Below the pieces are notes generated by a model that ran no database searches, was not told where the DNA came from, and saw nothing but the letters and a program-made list of their open reading frames with translations. 64,000 bases of DNA from an uncultured Verrucomicrobiae bacterium (GTDB lineage: Bacteria > Verrucomicrobiota > Verrucomicrobiia > Limisphaerales > UBA1100), in assembly GCA_937775205.1 (NCBI GenBank), contig CALKBX010000001.1, positions 194,631 through 258,630 on the forward strand, read 5' to 3'. Positions 20,008 through 30,448 of the stretch are shown here, piece by piece. The stretch's first letter is position 1. Every line of letters starts with the position of its first letter. Position numbers and translations under genes: made by a program.

Positions 20008-20036
20008 GAAAAAAGGCCGACGGTTACCCGTCGGCC
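20008..20036 (-). terminator. Rho-independent terminator downstream of glnII
   Basis: GGCCGACGG (20015-20023) pairs with CCGTCGGCC (20028-20036) around a 4-nt loop. A T-run follows on the minus strand (A-run at 20008-20014 on plus). It lies 37 nt after the glnII stop. Confidence 0.8.
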
Positions 20037-20072
20037 TTGGAATGTGTTGATTAGCCTTTTGGCGTTCGCGAT

Positions 20073-21089
20073 TTAGGCGAGTGCTTTTTTGGTGGTCTTG
20101 ATGATCACCGCAGCAATTTTGTAGGGGTCGCCATTGGACGCCGGGCGGCGGTCTTCGAGGCGCCCTTTCCATCCCTCTTGCACGGTGGCCACAGGGACAC
20201 GAATGGAGGCGCCGCGATCGGAGACGCCGTAGCTGAATTTATCGATCGCCTGCGTTTCATGCAGTCCGGTGAGGCGATGGTCGTTATCCGCACCGTACAC
20301 GGCGATGTGCTCCTCAATATTTTTCGCAAATTCTTCGCAGATTTTGGTGTGGATTTCTTCGCCACCCGGGTCGCGCATTTCACCGCAGGAAAAGTTGGCG
20401 TGCATTCCAGAGCCGTTCCAATCGCCTTGGACGGGCTTAGGATGCCAATCGACAGCGACCCCGTATTTTTCGCCGGTGCGCTCGAGGAGATAGCGGGCCA
20501 TCCAAATTTGGTCGCCGCAATCAGCCGCGCCTTTGGCAAAGATTTGAAACTCCCATTGGCCCATCATGACCTCGGCGTTGATGCCTTCCACATTGAGGCC
20601 GGCTTCGAGGCAAAGGTGTAAATGTTCGTCCACCAAATCGCGGCCAACGGTGTTGCGTGCGCCCACGGAAGTATAGAACGGGCCTTGCGGGCCGGGGAAT
20701 CCGTTTTTCGGAAAACCGATGGGGAGGTTGGTGTCGGTATCGATCAGGGTATATTCCTGCTCAAGGCCGAACCAAAAATCCTCACTGTCGTTATCGATCG
20801 TGGCGCGTCCGTTGGATTCGTGCGGGGTGGCGTCGGCATTGAGCACTTCGCACATCACGAGCCAGCCATTGCCGCCGAAGCGGTCGGGGTCTGGATAAAC
20901 GGCCACGGGTTTCAGCAGGCAATCCGAATCGTTGCCTTCGGCCTGTTCGGTGGAGGAGCCGTCAAAGGACCACTCCTTAACGTCTTCCAACTTACCGCTG
21001 AAATTTTCGTGAACGAGAGTTTTACTGCGGAGGCTCTGCGTGGGCTTGTAGCCGTCGAGCCAGATGTATTCCAACTTATGTTTGCTCAT
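20073..21089 (-). CDS. glnII: Glutamine synthetase type II (eukaryote-like GSII)
   Basis: 338 aa. KLEYIWLDGYKPTQSLRSKT, WSFDGSSTEQA, FGLEQEYTL, GINAEVMMGQWEFQI and NGSGMHANFS match the size and motifs of GSII, not GSI. Confidence 0.9.
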   Translation of the reverse strand: MSKHKLEYIWLDGYKPTQSLRSKTLVHENFSGKLEDVKEWSFDGSSTEQAEGNDSDCLLKPVAVYPDPDRFGGNGWLVMCEVLNADATPHESNGRATIDNDSEDFWFGLEQEYTLIDTDTNLPIGFPKNGFPGPQGPFYTSVGARNTVGRDLVDEHLHLCLEAGLNVEGINAEVMMGQWEFQIFAKGAADCGDQIWMARYLLERTGEKYGVAVDWHPKPVQGDWNGSGMHANFSCGEMRDPGGEEIHTKICEEFAKNIEEHIAVYGADNDHRLTGLHETQAIDKFSYGVSDRGASIRVPVATVQEGWKGRLEDRRPASNGDPYKIAAVIIKTTKKALA

Positions 21090-21157
21090 GTGTATTGCTG
21101 TATCTGTTTTGTGTTAAACGGCTTTCGCCAAAAATTACCATCGCTCCCGAGCCAACT

Positions 21158-21181
21158 GGCCGCGCCGGTCAAGGCGCGGCC
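21158..21181 (-). other. GC-rich stem-loop between amt and glnII (no U-tract)
   Basis: GGCCGCGCC (21158-21166) pairs perfectly with GGCGCGGCC (21173-21181) around a 6-nt loop. No T-run follows on the coding (minus) strand, so it is not a classic terminator. It could be an intra-operon processing or attenuation hairpin. Confidence 0.4.
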
Positions 21182-21204
21182 AGCGGCAGGGAAAACCTAG
21201 TCGG

Positions 21205-22575
21205 CTAGAGCGAGTAACCATCCTCACCATGGTCCTTCACGTCAAGCCCTTCCATTTCCGTTTCTTCATCAACCCGAATGCCGCCGCAAAGTGCACCGGC
21301 GATCTTGATGGCGATGAACGTGACTACCGCACTCCAAATGACCGTGACCAACACACTCATCAGCTGACCAGTAAACTGGTTTTTGATGATCTCGCGGCCT
21401 TCATCAGAAAAGGCGAATACGCCGGTGAGCAATGCGCCAACAATGCCACCCACGCCATGAACGCCGAAGACATCGAAGCTGTCGTCATACCCCAGCTTTT
21501 TCTTGAGCGAGGTGGCGGCCCAATAACAGACCAAGCCCGCCGCGACACCAATGGCGATCGCCGCCATTGGCCCCACAGTGCCGGACGCAGGAGTAATGGC
21601 CACAAGACCAGCAACCGCACCGGTGGCCAAACCAATCGCGGTGGGTTTACCTTTGCTGCACCATTCAATCATCATCCACGTAAACGCGGCGGCGGCAGTG
21701 GCCACTTGCGTCACGAGTTGTGCCATGCCGGCCTGGCCGCCTGCTGTCAAAGCACTTCCGGCATTAAAGCCAAACCAGCCGACCCACAATAGTGCCGCGC
21801 CAATCAGCACGAAAGGTACGTTGTGCGGCGGCATGGGACTATCCGGATAGCCTTTGCGTTTGCCGAGCATGATGCACGCAACGAGCGCGGCCACGCCGGC
21901 GTTGATGTGAACGACCGTGCCTCCGGCAAAATCAATTGCTTCCCAAGTGGTGGCCAAATAACCGCCACCCCAAACCATGTGCCAAATTGGGCAGTAGGAA
22001 AAGGTGAACCAAATAACTAAGAAAATCATCACCGCGCTAAATTTCATACGCTCAGCAAAGGCACCCACAATGAGTGCCGGGGTGATGATGGCGAAGGTCA
22101 TTTGAAACGTCACAAAGACGGATTCTGGAATAGTATCGCTCATCGAGCCGGTGGTTAGCCCTTTGAGAAAAAGTTTGGAAAAATCTCCGAACAACTTTCC
22201 ATCCCCCGATGAGGCAAAGGAATATCCGTAGATCACCCAGAGCAATGACATCAGCGCCGTGACGGCAAAACACTGGACCAGCACGGAAAGGATATTTTTC
22301 CTTCGAGCGAGGCCCCCGTAAAAGAGCGAAAGGCCAGGGATGGTCATCAGCAACACCAGCGCGGTGGCAACAATCATCCAGGCGGTGTCGCCGGAATCAC
22401 CACCGGCTTGCAGATATTCGCTTGGCACAAGACCATCATAGGTTGCTGCAGGCGCCTCTGCAGGCGTCTCCTGCATCTCTGCAGGCGCGTTTGTTTCTTG
22501 AGCGTGGGTTTCAATGGAGAGGCTCCCGGCGAAGATCACCAGGGCCATAGTCAAAATGGGAAAGAGTTTTTTCAT
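21205..22575 (-). CDS. amt: Ammonium transporter (Amt family) with signal peptide
   Basis: 456 aa. It has a signal peptide followed by GDTAWMIVATALVLLMTIPGLSLFYGG, AIDFAGGTVVHINAG and VHGVGGIVGALLTG, with 11 or more hydrophobic segments. Confidence 0.9.
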   Translation of the reverse strand: MKKLFPILTMALVIFAGSLSIETHAQETNAPAEMQETPAEAPAATYDGLVPSEYLQAGGDSGDTAWMIVATALVLLMTIPGLSLFYGGLARRKNILSVLVQCFAVTALMSLLWVIYGYSFASSGDGKLFGDFSKLFLKGLTTGSMSDTIPESVFVTFQMTFAIITPALIVGAFAERMKFSAVMIFLVIWFTFSYCPIWHMVWGGGYLATTWEAIDFAGGTVVHINAGVAALVACIMLGKRKGYPDSPMPPHNVPFVLIGAALLWVGWFGFNAGSALTAGGQAGMAQLVTQVATAAAAFTWMMIEWCSKGKPTAIGLATGAVAGLVAITPASGTVGPMAAIAIGVAAGLVCYWAATSLKKKLGYDDSFDVFGVHGVGGIVGALLTGVFAFSDEGREIIKNQFTGQLMSVLVTVIWSAVVTFIAIKIAGALCGGIRVDEETEMEGLDVKDHGEDGYSL

Positions 22576-22599
22576 AGTTCAGGGAATTTGAGGTTGCGG

Positions 22600-23106
<507 letters not shown>

Positions 23107-23239
23107 TCAATTTTTCAACGCCAATCAACTAGCGGCTTTTAGCCAGTGTGTCGATTTTTGCGCACGAATAAGTTTCATTCGACAAAGCACTGTTTCGCCC
23201 GGAAAATCACTTTTTGGAGGTGAACCTCGTCAAATTATC

Positions 23240-26200
23240 ATGAGCAAAGGCAAGCGCGGCAATAAACGGTTTCCTAAGCCTTTGCAATCCCCGGACTCCG
23301 CGCCGGAATCTCCAATCGATCAATCCACGTCCGAACCCCCGCCTGAAACTGAATCGCCCGAAAAGGCTCATTCCTTTTTCCGCCGATGCGATTGGATCGC
23401 CTTCACGCTGGCCACGTTGATTTCGTTTGGGGTATATTTTTACACGCTCGCGCCGGACCTCACGCTGGAGGATTCCGGCGAGCTCGCGGTGGGCTCCATG
23501 TACGCCGGCGTGCCGCATCCGCCGGGGTATCCGGTGTGGACACTTTACACGTGGACATTCACCAAGCTGCCCTTCGGCAATATCGCGTGGCGCGTGGCGC
23601 TTTCATCCGCCGTGGCGGCGGCGCTCGCTTGCGGGTTGCTGGCGCTGATGGTTTCCCGCAGCGCGCAGTTGATGCTCAAAGGCATTGAGTTTTTTCATGA
23701 ACTGAACGACCGCCAACGCAACGCCATTGGTCTCGCCTCGGGGATCACTGCCGGATTGTTACTGGCCTTCAATGGCTTCATGTGGAGCCAAGCCGTGATT
23801 GTGGAAGTGTACACGCTGGGCATCTTCACCTTCATGGCCGTGCTGGCGCTGATGATGCGCTGGTACTTTCGGCCGGAGGTGCGCTGGCCGTTGTACTTGG
23901 CTTATTTTTGTTTTGGCCTGTGCTTTGCAAACCACCAAACTTTATTGCTCGCCGCCATTGGCATTGAAGCCATCGTGCTGCTGGCCGACCGCAAACTCGG
24001 GAAAGATTTTTTGCTGTGTAATTGCGGTGTTTACATCCTTGGCCTGTACGCCACCCTCCCGGCTGAAGGCGCACCGCTGGACAGCGAGCCAGGTGTGTTC
24101 ATTCTTTTCAACGTCATCGGCGTAGGGATGGTGGCGCTGCTGCTTGGCATGGTGCTGTTCGACAAAGGCAAACAACATGTCCTCCAAAAATCCCTGAAAT
24201 CAATCGGATTGGTTGCCTTCACAATCACAGCGGTGGGTGTCTACCTGCTCTCGGCTGGATTGTTTGGCTGGGCGTGGAGTTCATATTTTGAGGACGGCAA
24301 CTTTGCGCGTGCCGCCAGCGCGGTGAAGGTATGGGCGGCTTTGAATGCTGTGTTGCTTGGGGCGATGGCGGTGTTTTCGTGGTTCAATCGTGACAAAGAA
24401 AAATCCACACCGCTGTTGCGCCACTGGATGCCTATGCTCAACACTCGCGCGGCTTGGCTGTTGGGGGCGGCGTTTTATTTGTATATGCCGCTGGCTTCGA
24501 TGACCAATCCGCCGATGAACTGGGCCTACCCACGCACTGTACAGGGTTTTGAACACGCCGTCAAACGTGGCCAGTACGACAAAATTGCGCCCTCAAACTT
24601 GACGCGAATTTTTTATGACCGTGACCACACAAAGCCTTTGCCGAATGCCGTGCCCCGCCGCAGCACCTTCAACGGCGGCCAGGCTTATGTGTACTGGGAA
24701 GAGGCCGCGCAAGAATTCAGCCTGAGCTATTTGGCTCTGGCGTTTCTCCCGATGGCTTTTCTTCCGTGGATGGCGCTACGCGAGCGGCGTTGGATAGCCG
24801 CCCTCACGGGCATTTTCATTTCCTTCACGTTGATTTTGATTTTCCTGCTCAACCCGACTGCGGACGAGCAGAATCGGCATTTGTTCAAAGTGTTCTTTAC
24901 CGCCACGCATATTTTCATCGCGCTCGGTGCCGGGCTGGGCGCGGCGCTCATTGCTGCCACTCTGGCCACGCGCGACAAGCCACTTGCCTTGGGGTTGGTG
25001 GGTTTCCTTTTGGTGCTGGGTATTTTGGAAATCGTTCAAGCGATCGGCACCTTCAAGTCTACGGAATTTATCATCCCGCAAACCGCTGCCGTGATTGGTT
25101 TGTCTCTCATTTTGCTACTACTCCTTTGCGCCCTCGCCCGACTGCTTGCTCCTCGCTCGAGCCGGAGCGTGCTGCTCGCGCTGGGCATTGGGCTTATCAT
25201 TTTCCTTCCCACGCGCCCTGCCCTTTCCAACTGGGCGGTGAACGAACAACGCGGCCATCTCTTTGGCTATTGGTACGGGCACGATATGTTTTCTCCCCCC
25301 TTCGGGATTTTTCCGGAAATGGACAAGAACGCCATCCTTTTTGGCGGCACAGATCCGGGGCGGTTCGCGCCCACGTATATGATTTTTTGCGAGAGTTTTA
25401 TGGCGGCTAAATACAAGCGCGATAAAGATTTTGATCGGCGCGACGTTTACATCATCACTCAAAACGCTCTGGCCGATGGCACTTATCTGCAATACATCCG
25501 CGCTCATTACAACCGCAGCGCGCAGGTGGACGTGGATTTTTTCCGCAATCTCGCCCACAAGCTGGATCCTGATCAGGCGGCGTCCCGAAGCGATGCCCTC
25601 GATCGCCGCGGATCACTTTACTTTCTCGCTTTGCTTGGATTATTTACGGGCGTGGGGATGCTTGTGCATGCATCCATCCTTCGCAGGGCACCAGAAAACC
25701 GACGCGAATCGCTCGGTGCCGGGGTTTGGGGCGGCACGGTGATTCTCGGAGCCCTGTTGCTTTTACCCCCGCTCGCGCAGTCCATGGCGCTCAAGGCGGA
25801 TGAAATTTTTACCGGAATAGGCCAAAAAGTTGAAAAATCCCGACGCGACCTCGGGGTATATCCAACAAATGAAATTCACACGCCCTCGACTTTGGACAAC
25901 CAAATCGCCTTCAACGATTATTTGCAGGATGCGATGGCGCGAATGGGGCGCGGCCAACTCGCCCACAACGAAAATGTGACGCTTAATTTTCCGTTCCAAT
26001 GCCCTCAATGCGGCACCCGCCATCAGGTTTCCATCAACCGCAATCGTTTGCAGCTCTACCAGCAAATGACCGCTCAAGGCGGCCTGAATTGCCCCAATGA
26101 CAATGCCCTGATGCCCACCCCGCCCAGCCCGCAAATGCAGGTGCGCGGCAATGGCTCGGTAATGGCAATCAATGCCCTGCTCACCAAGGTGATTTTTGAA

Positions 26201-27958
26201 ACCAATCTCACACACGACTTTTATGTGGAAGAAAGTTTTCCGCTTCTCTGGATGTATCCGTATGTCACGCCGCAAGGGATCATCATGAAGCTGGAAGCGA
26301 AAAGAGAATTTGAAATCATGGCCATCACGCCCGCGCCATTGAACCCCACCAACGCTCCCGCGCGATTAAAATTGGCTGATGAACTTTCAATGCAATCCAA
26401 ACCGGATCAGGATTCACTCAAGCCAATCGTGCCGGGCAAATTTCTCGTGTCGGCCACTCACGCCAATGGCATGCCCTCGGCGATCCACGTTGAGGATGGC
26501 GGCCGATTTGAACTGGCGCCCCCGGAATTGCTGTTCGTCACCGGCGAACGCACCAACGTGGCCCGGATCAGGGTGAAAATGGAACGCATCCCCAATGCCG
26601 CCGCATTCCAAATCACCCATGCCGAAATCGATCCTGAATTGACCGGGTTCAATTTTCAGGTAAGCGAAGTGCTGCAGGTTTTTGATTCCATCATTTCCGG
26701 GAGTTTGCAGCCCAAACTGAATGCCCGCCTGCGCGTCACGGAAGTGAATGCGCAAACCGGCATCGCTCGCGTGGAAATCATCCAAGGCGGCCGATACATT
26801 GTCATGCCCCCGCGCCACATTTACCTTCACGCCGCCGACGGCACCCCGCTCCGCATGGAAATCCAGACGCGGCGCATTCCGAAACATACCGAGCTTTCCG
26901 AAGCAATGCTCGCGCGCGACCGAAAGTTTTGGAACGAATATTCCAAGCGCCTCATCGGCGATGCCATTAGCGCGGACATGTCGGTAAAGGCCATTTGCCA
27001 ATGGATTGAAAAGACCCATCTCCGGCGCGACCTCAAGGGATACAATGGCGACCCCCGATTCCTGCGCGATCAACAGGCCCAAAAAGGTTTCTCAAAACTG
27101 CGCGGCTCCATCGGCAACGTCTATGCCTGGCGCATGCGGATTTCGCCCGCGGGCAGTGAACTGCGCAAACGCTACGCGCGTGAGGCCGAGTACGCCTATC
27201 GCCAGTCTTTTGCTTTTGGCCCCATTAGCCCCGAGGCGGTCATCCGCTACACCGCGCTCCTCGGCGAGCTGGGCCGCTACCGCGATGCCGTAGAGGTCGC
27301 ACTCACCTTCCAGAAACTAGACCCACTTTTCCCACAAACAAACCAGATGATTTCACAGGCACTCGAAGCCGAAATTGCCACCCACGCCGCCGCCCACAAA
27401 ATGGACAAAGCGCTCGAGGCCGCCAAACTTCTGTACCAACTGGTTCCTATCCCGCGTTACACGAATTTGGTGAAATCGCTCGAGGACGCGCTCAAGGCTA
27501 AACAAATTTATCTCAACCGCTTCCAGCGTGACCCCGCCAATGTGGAGCACTTCAACACCGCGGTGGATGTGACTGTGCAATCCCATCAACTGGCCGCTCT
27601 GCGCCCCTTGATTGATTTGTTCCAAGCCAAGATGACCCGAAACGAACGTAACCTCGCCGCCTTGGCGCGCGCCTACAATTACCTCGGAGATTATGCAAAC
27701 AAAGAAAAGGTTTATGAGGAAATGACCACCCTCATTCCAAATGACCCCGTACCCTGGTACGATTTGGCCAAGGCGCGGATGCGACTAAAAAAAACCAACG
27801 CCGCCGCAAGTTCGCTCCTGCAATCGCTCACCCTATATTCAAAGGCCGGAACCAACAATCAGTATGACATTCCGGCATTCACCCGCACCAACGCCATCAT
27901 GGCCCCGCTGAGGGAACGGCCAGAAATCCAGAAACTGCTGAACCCAAAAGAAGACTAA
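23240..27958 (+). CDS. Giant DUF2723 (TMEM260/GT117-like putative glycosyltransferase) polytopic membrane protein with large C-terminal soluble and TPR-like region
   Basis: ORF 22811..27958 trimmed to in-frame ATG 23240 (MSKGKRGNKRF...), because the upstream part is antisense to glnK. DUF2723 hallmarks are LEDSGELAVGSMYAGVPHPPGYPVW and GGTDPGRFAPTYMIFCE...RRDVYIITQNALADGTYLQYIR. More than 15 hydrophobic segments are present and the C-terminus is helical-repeat (TPR-like). Confidence 0.85.
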   Translation: MSKGKRGNKRFPKPLQSPDSAPESPIDQSTSEPPPETESPEKAHSFFRRCDWIAFTLATLISFGVYFYTLAPDLTLEDSGELAVGSMYAGVPHPPGYPVWTLYTWTFTKLPFGNIAWRVALSSAVAAALACGLLALMVSRSAQLMLKGIEFFHELNDRQRNAIGLASGITAGLLLAFNGFMWSQAVIVEVYTLGIFTFMAVLALMMRWYFRPEVRWPLYLAYFCFGLCFANHQTLLLAAIGIEAIVLLADRKLGKDFLLCNCGVYILGLYATLPAEGAPLDSEPGVFILFNVIGVGMVALLLGMVLFDKGKQHVLQKSLKSIGLVAFTITAVGVYLLSAGLFGWAWSSYFEDGNFARAASAVKVWAALNAVLLGAMAVFSWFNRDKEKSTPLLRHWMPMLNTRAAWLLGAAFYLYMPLASMTNPPMNWAYPRTVQGFEHAVKRGQYDKIAPSNLTRIFYDRDHTKPLPNAVPRRSTFNGGQAYVYWEEAAQEFSLSYLALAFLPMAFLPWMALRERRWIAALTGIFISFTLILIFLLNPTADEQNRHLFKVFFTATHIFIALGAGLGAALIAATLATRDKPLALGLVGFLLVLGILEIVQAIGTFKSTEFIIPQTAAVIGLSLILLLLLCALARLLAPRSSRSVLLALGIGLIIFLPTRPALSNWAVNEQRGHLFGYWYGHDMFSPPFGIFPEMDKNAILFGGTDPGRFAPTYMIFCESFMAAKYKRDKDFDRRDVYIITQNALADGTYLQYIRAHYNRSAQVDVDFFRNLAHKLDPDQAASRSDALDRRGSLYFLALLGLFTGVGMLVHASILRRAPENRRESLGAGVWGGTVILGALLLLPPLAQSMALKADEIFTGIGQKVEKSRRDLGVYPTNEIHTPSTLDNQIAFNDYLQDAMARMGRGQLAHNENVTLNFPFQCPQCGTRHQVSINRNRLQLYQQMTAQGGLNCPNDNALMPTPPSPQMQVRGNGSVMAINALLTKVIFETNLTHDFYVEESFPLLWMYPYVTPQGIIMKLEAKREFEIMAITPAPLNPTNAPARLKLADELSMQSKPDQDSLKPIVPGKFLVSATHANGMPSAIHVEDGGRFELAPPELLFVTGERTNVARIRVKMERIPNAAAFQITHAEIDPELTGFNFQVSEVLQVFDSIISGSLQPKLNARLRVTEVNAQTGIARVEIIQGGRYIVMPPRHIYLHAADGTPLRMEIQTRRIPKHTELSEAMLARDRKFWNEYSKRLIGDAISADMSVKAICQWIEKTHLRRDLKGYNGDPRFLRDQQAQKGFSKLRGSIGNVYAWRMRISPAGSELRKRYAREAEYAYRQSFAFGPISPEAVIRYTALLGELGRYRDAVEVALTFQKLDPLFPQTNQMISQALEAEIATHAAAHKMDKALEAAKLLYQLVPIPRYTNLVKSLEDALKAKQIYLNRFQRDPANVEHFNTAVDVTVQSHQLAALRPLIDLFQAKMTRNERNLAALARAYNYLGDYANKEKVYEEMTTLIPNDPVPWYDLAKARMRLKKTNAAASSLLQSLTLYSKAGTNNQYDIPAFTRTNAIMAPLRERPEIQKLLNPKED

Positions 27959-28707
27959 CCCGCGAGCGGGGCTTGCATGTCGTAGTTCAACACCGAGAGG
28001 CAATAGAGCGCCGCCGTCTCACTGCGAAGAATAGCCCGCCCCAGCGTGATGGGATGCGCGCCAGCAGAAAGAATCTCATTGCTTTCTTCCGGCGTGAAAT
28101 CGCCTTCGGGGCCAATCCACACGCCGATCGATTCCGGCCTTGCGCCGTACTCAGTTTCGTGCTCGAAAATGTACTCGCGCGGATGCCGCGTGCGGCCCTG
28201 CAAACTTGCGATAAGCGGGAGGTTAAACGATTCGCCGCGCGCCAGAAATTCGCGCGGCGTCACCGGCGCCTCAATCTTCGGTAACCACGGGCTGCCACAT
28301 TGCTTGATTGAATCAATCGCAATCGCGCGCCACTTTTCCACCTTCGACGCGCTATCGCCCACTTGTGCCACCGACCGTCCCGCAGCCAGAGTCACCACCC
28401 GATGCACGCACAGCTCGGTGGCTTTTTGAATGATGAAATCCATCGACTTGCCCTTCGTCATCGCCTGCAACAACGTGATGCGATAAGGCAACGGCTCGAT
28501 GCGGTTTTGCTGCTGCACCGTCAATCGCGTCGCCCGCTTATCCACCGCGGCCGTCGTGCACATAAACTCATTCCCCGCGCCATCAAGCACCGCCACGCGC
28601 TCTCCCTCGCGCACGCGCAGCACAGTAGCGGCGTGGTGGCTTTCGCGTTCATCGAGCGTCAACTCACCTTCGGTCACGCGTTCGGGCGGGAGATAAAAAC
28701 GGTGCAT
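27955..28707 (-). CDS. rsmE: 16S rRNA (uracil1498-N3)-methyltransferase RsmE
   Basis: 250 aa. MHRFYLPPE...GELTLDERESHHAATVLRVREGERV and GPEGDFTPEE are RsmE signatures. The start overlaps the dnaJ stop by 1 nt. Confidence 0.9.
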   Translation of the reverse strand: MHRFYLPPERVTEGELTLDERESHHAATVLRVREGERVAVLDGAGNEFMCTTAAVDKRATRLTVQQQNRIEPLPYRITLLQAMTKGKSMDFIIQKATELCVHRVVTLAAGRSVAQVGDSASKVEKWRAIAIDSIKQCGSPWLPKIEAPVTPREFLARGESFNLPLIASLQGRTRHPREYIFEHETEYGARPESIGVWIGPEGDFTPEESNEILSAGAHPITLGRAILRSETAALYCLSVLNYDMQAPLAG

Positions 28708-29843
28708 CAGCTAAAAAGATTACGGGCTTTCTCAAGGAAACTCTTGCTCTGTGGATTCACATCATCCCCGCACAAATCGGCGAATTCCTGCAGCTTGGCT
28801 TTCTGTTCTTTATTAAGCCGCGCGGGCACTTCCACATTCACACGCACGTTGAGGTCGCCCGTGCCGTAGCCCTGCAAATTTTTCACGCCCCGTCCCTTGA
28901 GGCGAAAGGTGGTGCCCGATTGCGTGCTCGCGGGAATCTTAATGCTCGCGCTGCCGGTGAGTGTGGGCACTTTCAATTCGCCTCCCAAAGCGGCCGTCAC
29001 AAAACAAATCGGCACTTCACAAATTAAATCATCCTCCTCGCGATCAAAAATCTCGTGTGGCCGCACGTGCAGGATCACATATAAATCGCCATTGGGCCCG
29101 CCCTGTAACCCGGCCTCGCCATTGGCGCTGCTGCGCAAGCGCGTTCCCGTATTCACGCCCTCGGGTACTTTTAGCGTGATGCTGCTTTTCTTTTCCTTGC
29201 GCCCGCCGCCCCGACAATCGCCACAGGGCTTTTCCAAAACCGTGCCCAAGCCATCGCAGTGCGGGCAGGTTTGTTGCATCTTGAAAAACCCGCGCTGTGC
29301 CACCACTTGACCTTGCCCGTTGCAAGTGCCGCAGCGCTTTCGGCCACTATCGGGGGCCGCGCCGGTGCCGTCGCATTTTTTGCATCCATCGAGCTTGGTG
29401 ATGGTAATTTTCTTTTCGCAACCGAGCACGGCGTCCTCAAAATCAATTTCCATATCGTAGCGCAAATCCGCGCCGCGTTGGGCACCGCTGGGATTGCGAC
29501 GCTGGCCGCCTCCGCCGAAGAGTTGATCAAAAATCCCGCCGCCGCCACCGCCGCCAAAAGCTTGATTAAACAAGTCCGATGCATCCACGCCGCCGTGAAA
29601 GCCGCCACCACCGCCGGATTCAAACGCGGCGTGGCCCATCTGATCGTAAGCGGCTTTTTTCTGGTCGTCGCTGAGCACTTCGTAGGCTTCGCCGACTTCC
29701 TTGAATTTTCCCTCGGCACTTTTGTCGTCCGGATTTTTGTCCGGATGAAATTTCACCGCCTGCTTGCGATACGCTTTTTTTATTTCAGCCTCACCAGCAT
29801 CTTTGCCCACGCCGAGCACTTCGTAATAATCGCGCTTGGCCAT
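28707..29843 (-). CDS. dnaJ: Molecular chaperone DnaJ
   Basis: The J domain is [10 protein letters not shown]...[14 protein letters not shown]. It is followed by a G/F-rich linker, four CxxCxGxG zinc motifs and a C-terminal domain. Confidence 0.95.
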   Translation of the reverse strand: MAKRDYYEVLGVGKDAGEAEIKKAYRKQAVKFHPDKNPDDKSAEGKFKEVGEAYEVLSDDQKKAAYDQMGHAAFESGGGGGFHGGVDASDLFNQAFGGGGGGGIFDQLFGGGGQRRNPSGAQRGADLRYDMEIDFEDAVLGCEKKITITKLDGCKKCDGTGAAPDSGRKRCGTCNGQGQVVAQRGFFKMQQTCPHCDGLGTVLEKPCGDCRGGGRKEKKSSITLKVPEGVNTGTRLRSSANGEAGLQGGPNGDLYVILHVRPHEIFDREEDDLICEVPICFVTAALGGELKVPTLTGSASIKIPASTQSGTTFRLKGRGVKNLQGYGTGDLNVRVNVEVPARLNKEQKAKLQEFADLCGDDVNPQSKSFLEKARNLFS

Positions 29844-30448
29844 TAGTTTTCTGTGGGCTCAGCTTCCGTGACGGGCACCGCAGCCACGATCACGCGGGCG
29901 GGGCGCACGAGGCGATTGTTGAGTTTGTAACCGCGCTGCACCTGTTGCAGCACCGTGCCTTCCGGTGCCTCGTCGGTGTGCTTCTGGGAAATGGCTTCGT
30001 GCAAATTGGGGTCGAACGCCTCGCCCACTGCGTCCACCGGCTCTACGCCGGATTCTTTCAGCACGCCAACGAGTTGATCGTAAATCATCTGCACACCGTC
30101 TCGAATGGCGGGGTCTGCCTTTTCCGCAGCGGCCAGCGCCATCTCGAAATTATCCAGCACTGGCAGCAATTTTTCCAACAAGCCTTGATTGGCGAATTGA
30201 CGCGCTTCGTCCTTTTCGCGCTGGGAACGCTTGCGGAAATTTTCAAGATCGGCAGCCTGGCGCACGAGCCGATCATTGAGATCGTCAATCATCGCCTGCG
30301 CCTCCTTCATCGTTTTAGGGCCAACGGGCTCGTTTTCCTCGTAAGCCTCTAGTGCGGCTTTTTCGGCCAGTCGCTTTTCCAGCACGGTTAGCTCCGGTTG
30401 CTCGGAGGATTCCTTGTCCTTTTTCTTTCCCATATTCCAGAATTTCAT
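29843..30448 (-). CDS. grpE: Nucleotide exchange factor GrpE
   Basis: 201 aa. [22 protein letters not shown] and [10 protein letters not shown]...[21 protein letters not shown] are GrpE signatures. The start overlaps the aspS stop (ATGA) and the stop overlaps the dnaJ start. Confidence 0.9.
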   Translation of the reverse strand: MKFWNMGKKKDKESSEQPELTVLEKRLAEKAALEAYEENEPVGPKTMKEAQAMIDDLNDRLVRQAADLENFRKRSQREKDEARQFANQGLLEKLLPVLDNFEMALAAAEKADPAIRDGVQMIYDQLVGVLKESGVEPVDAVGEAFDPNLHEAISQKHTDEAPEGTVLQQVQRGYKLNNRLVRPARVIVAAVPVTEAEPTEN

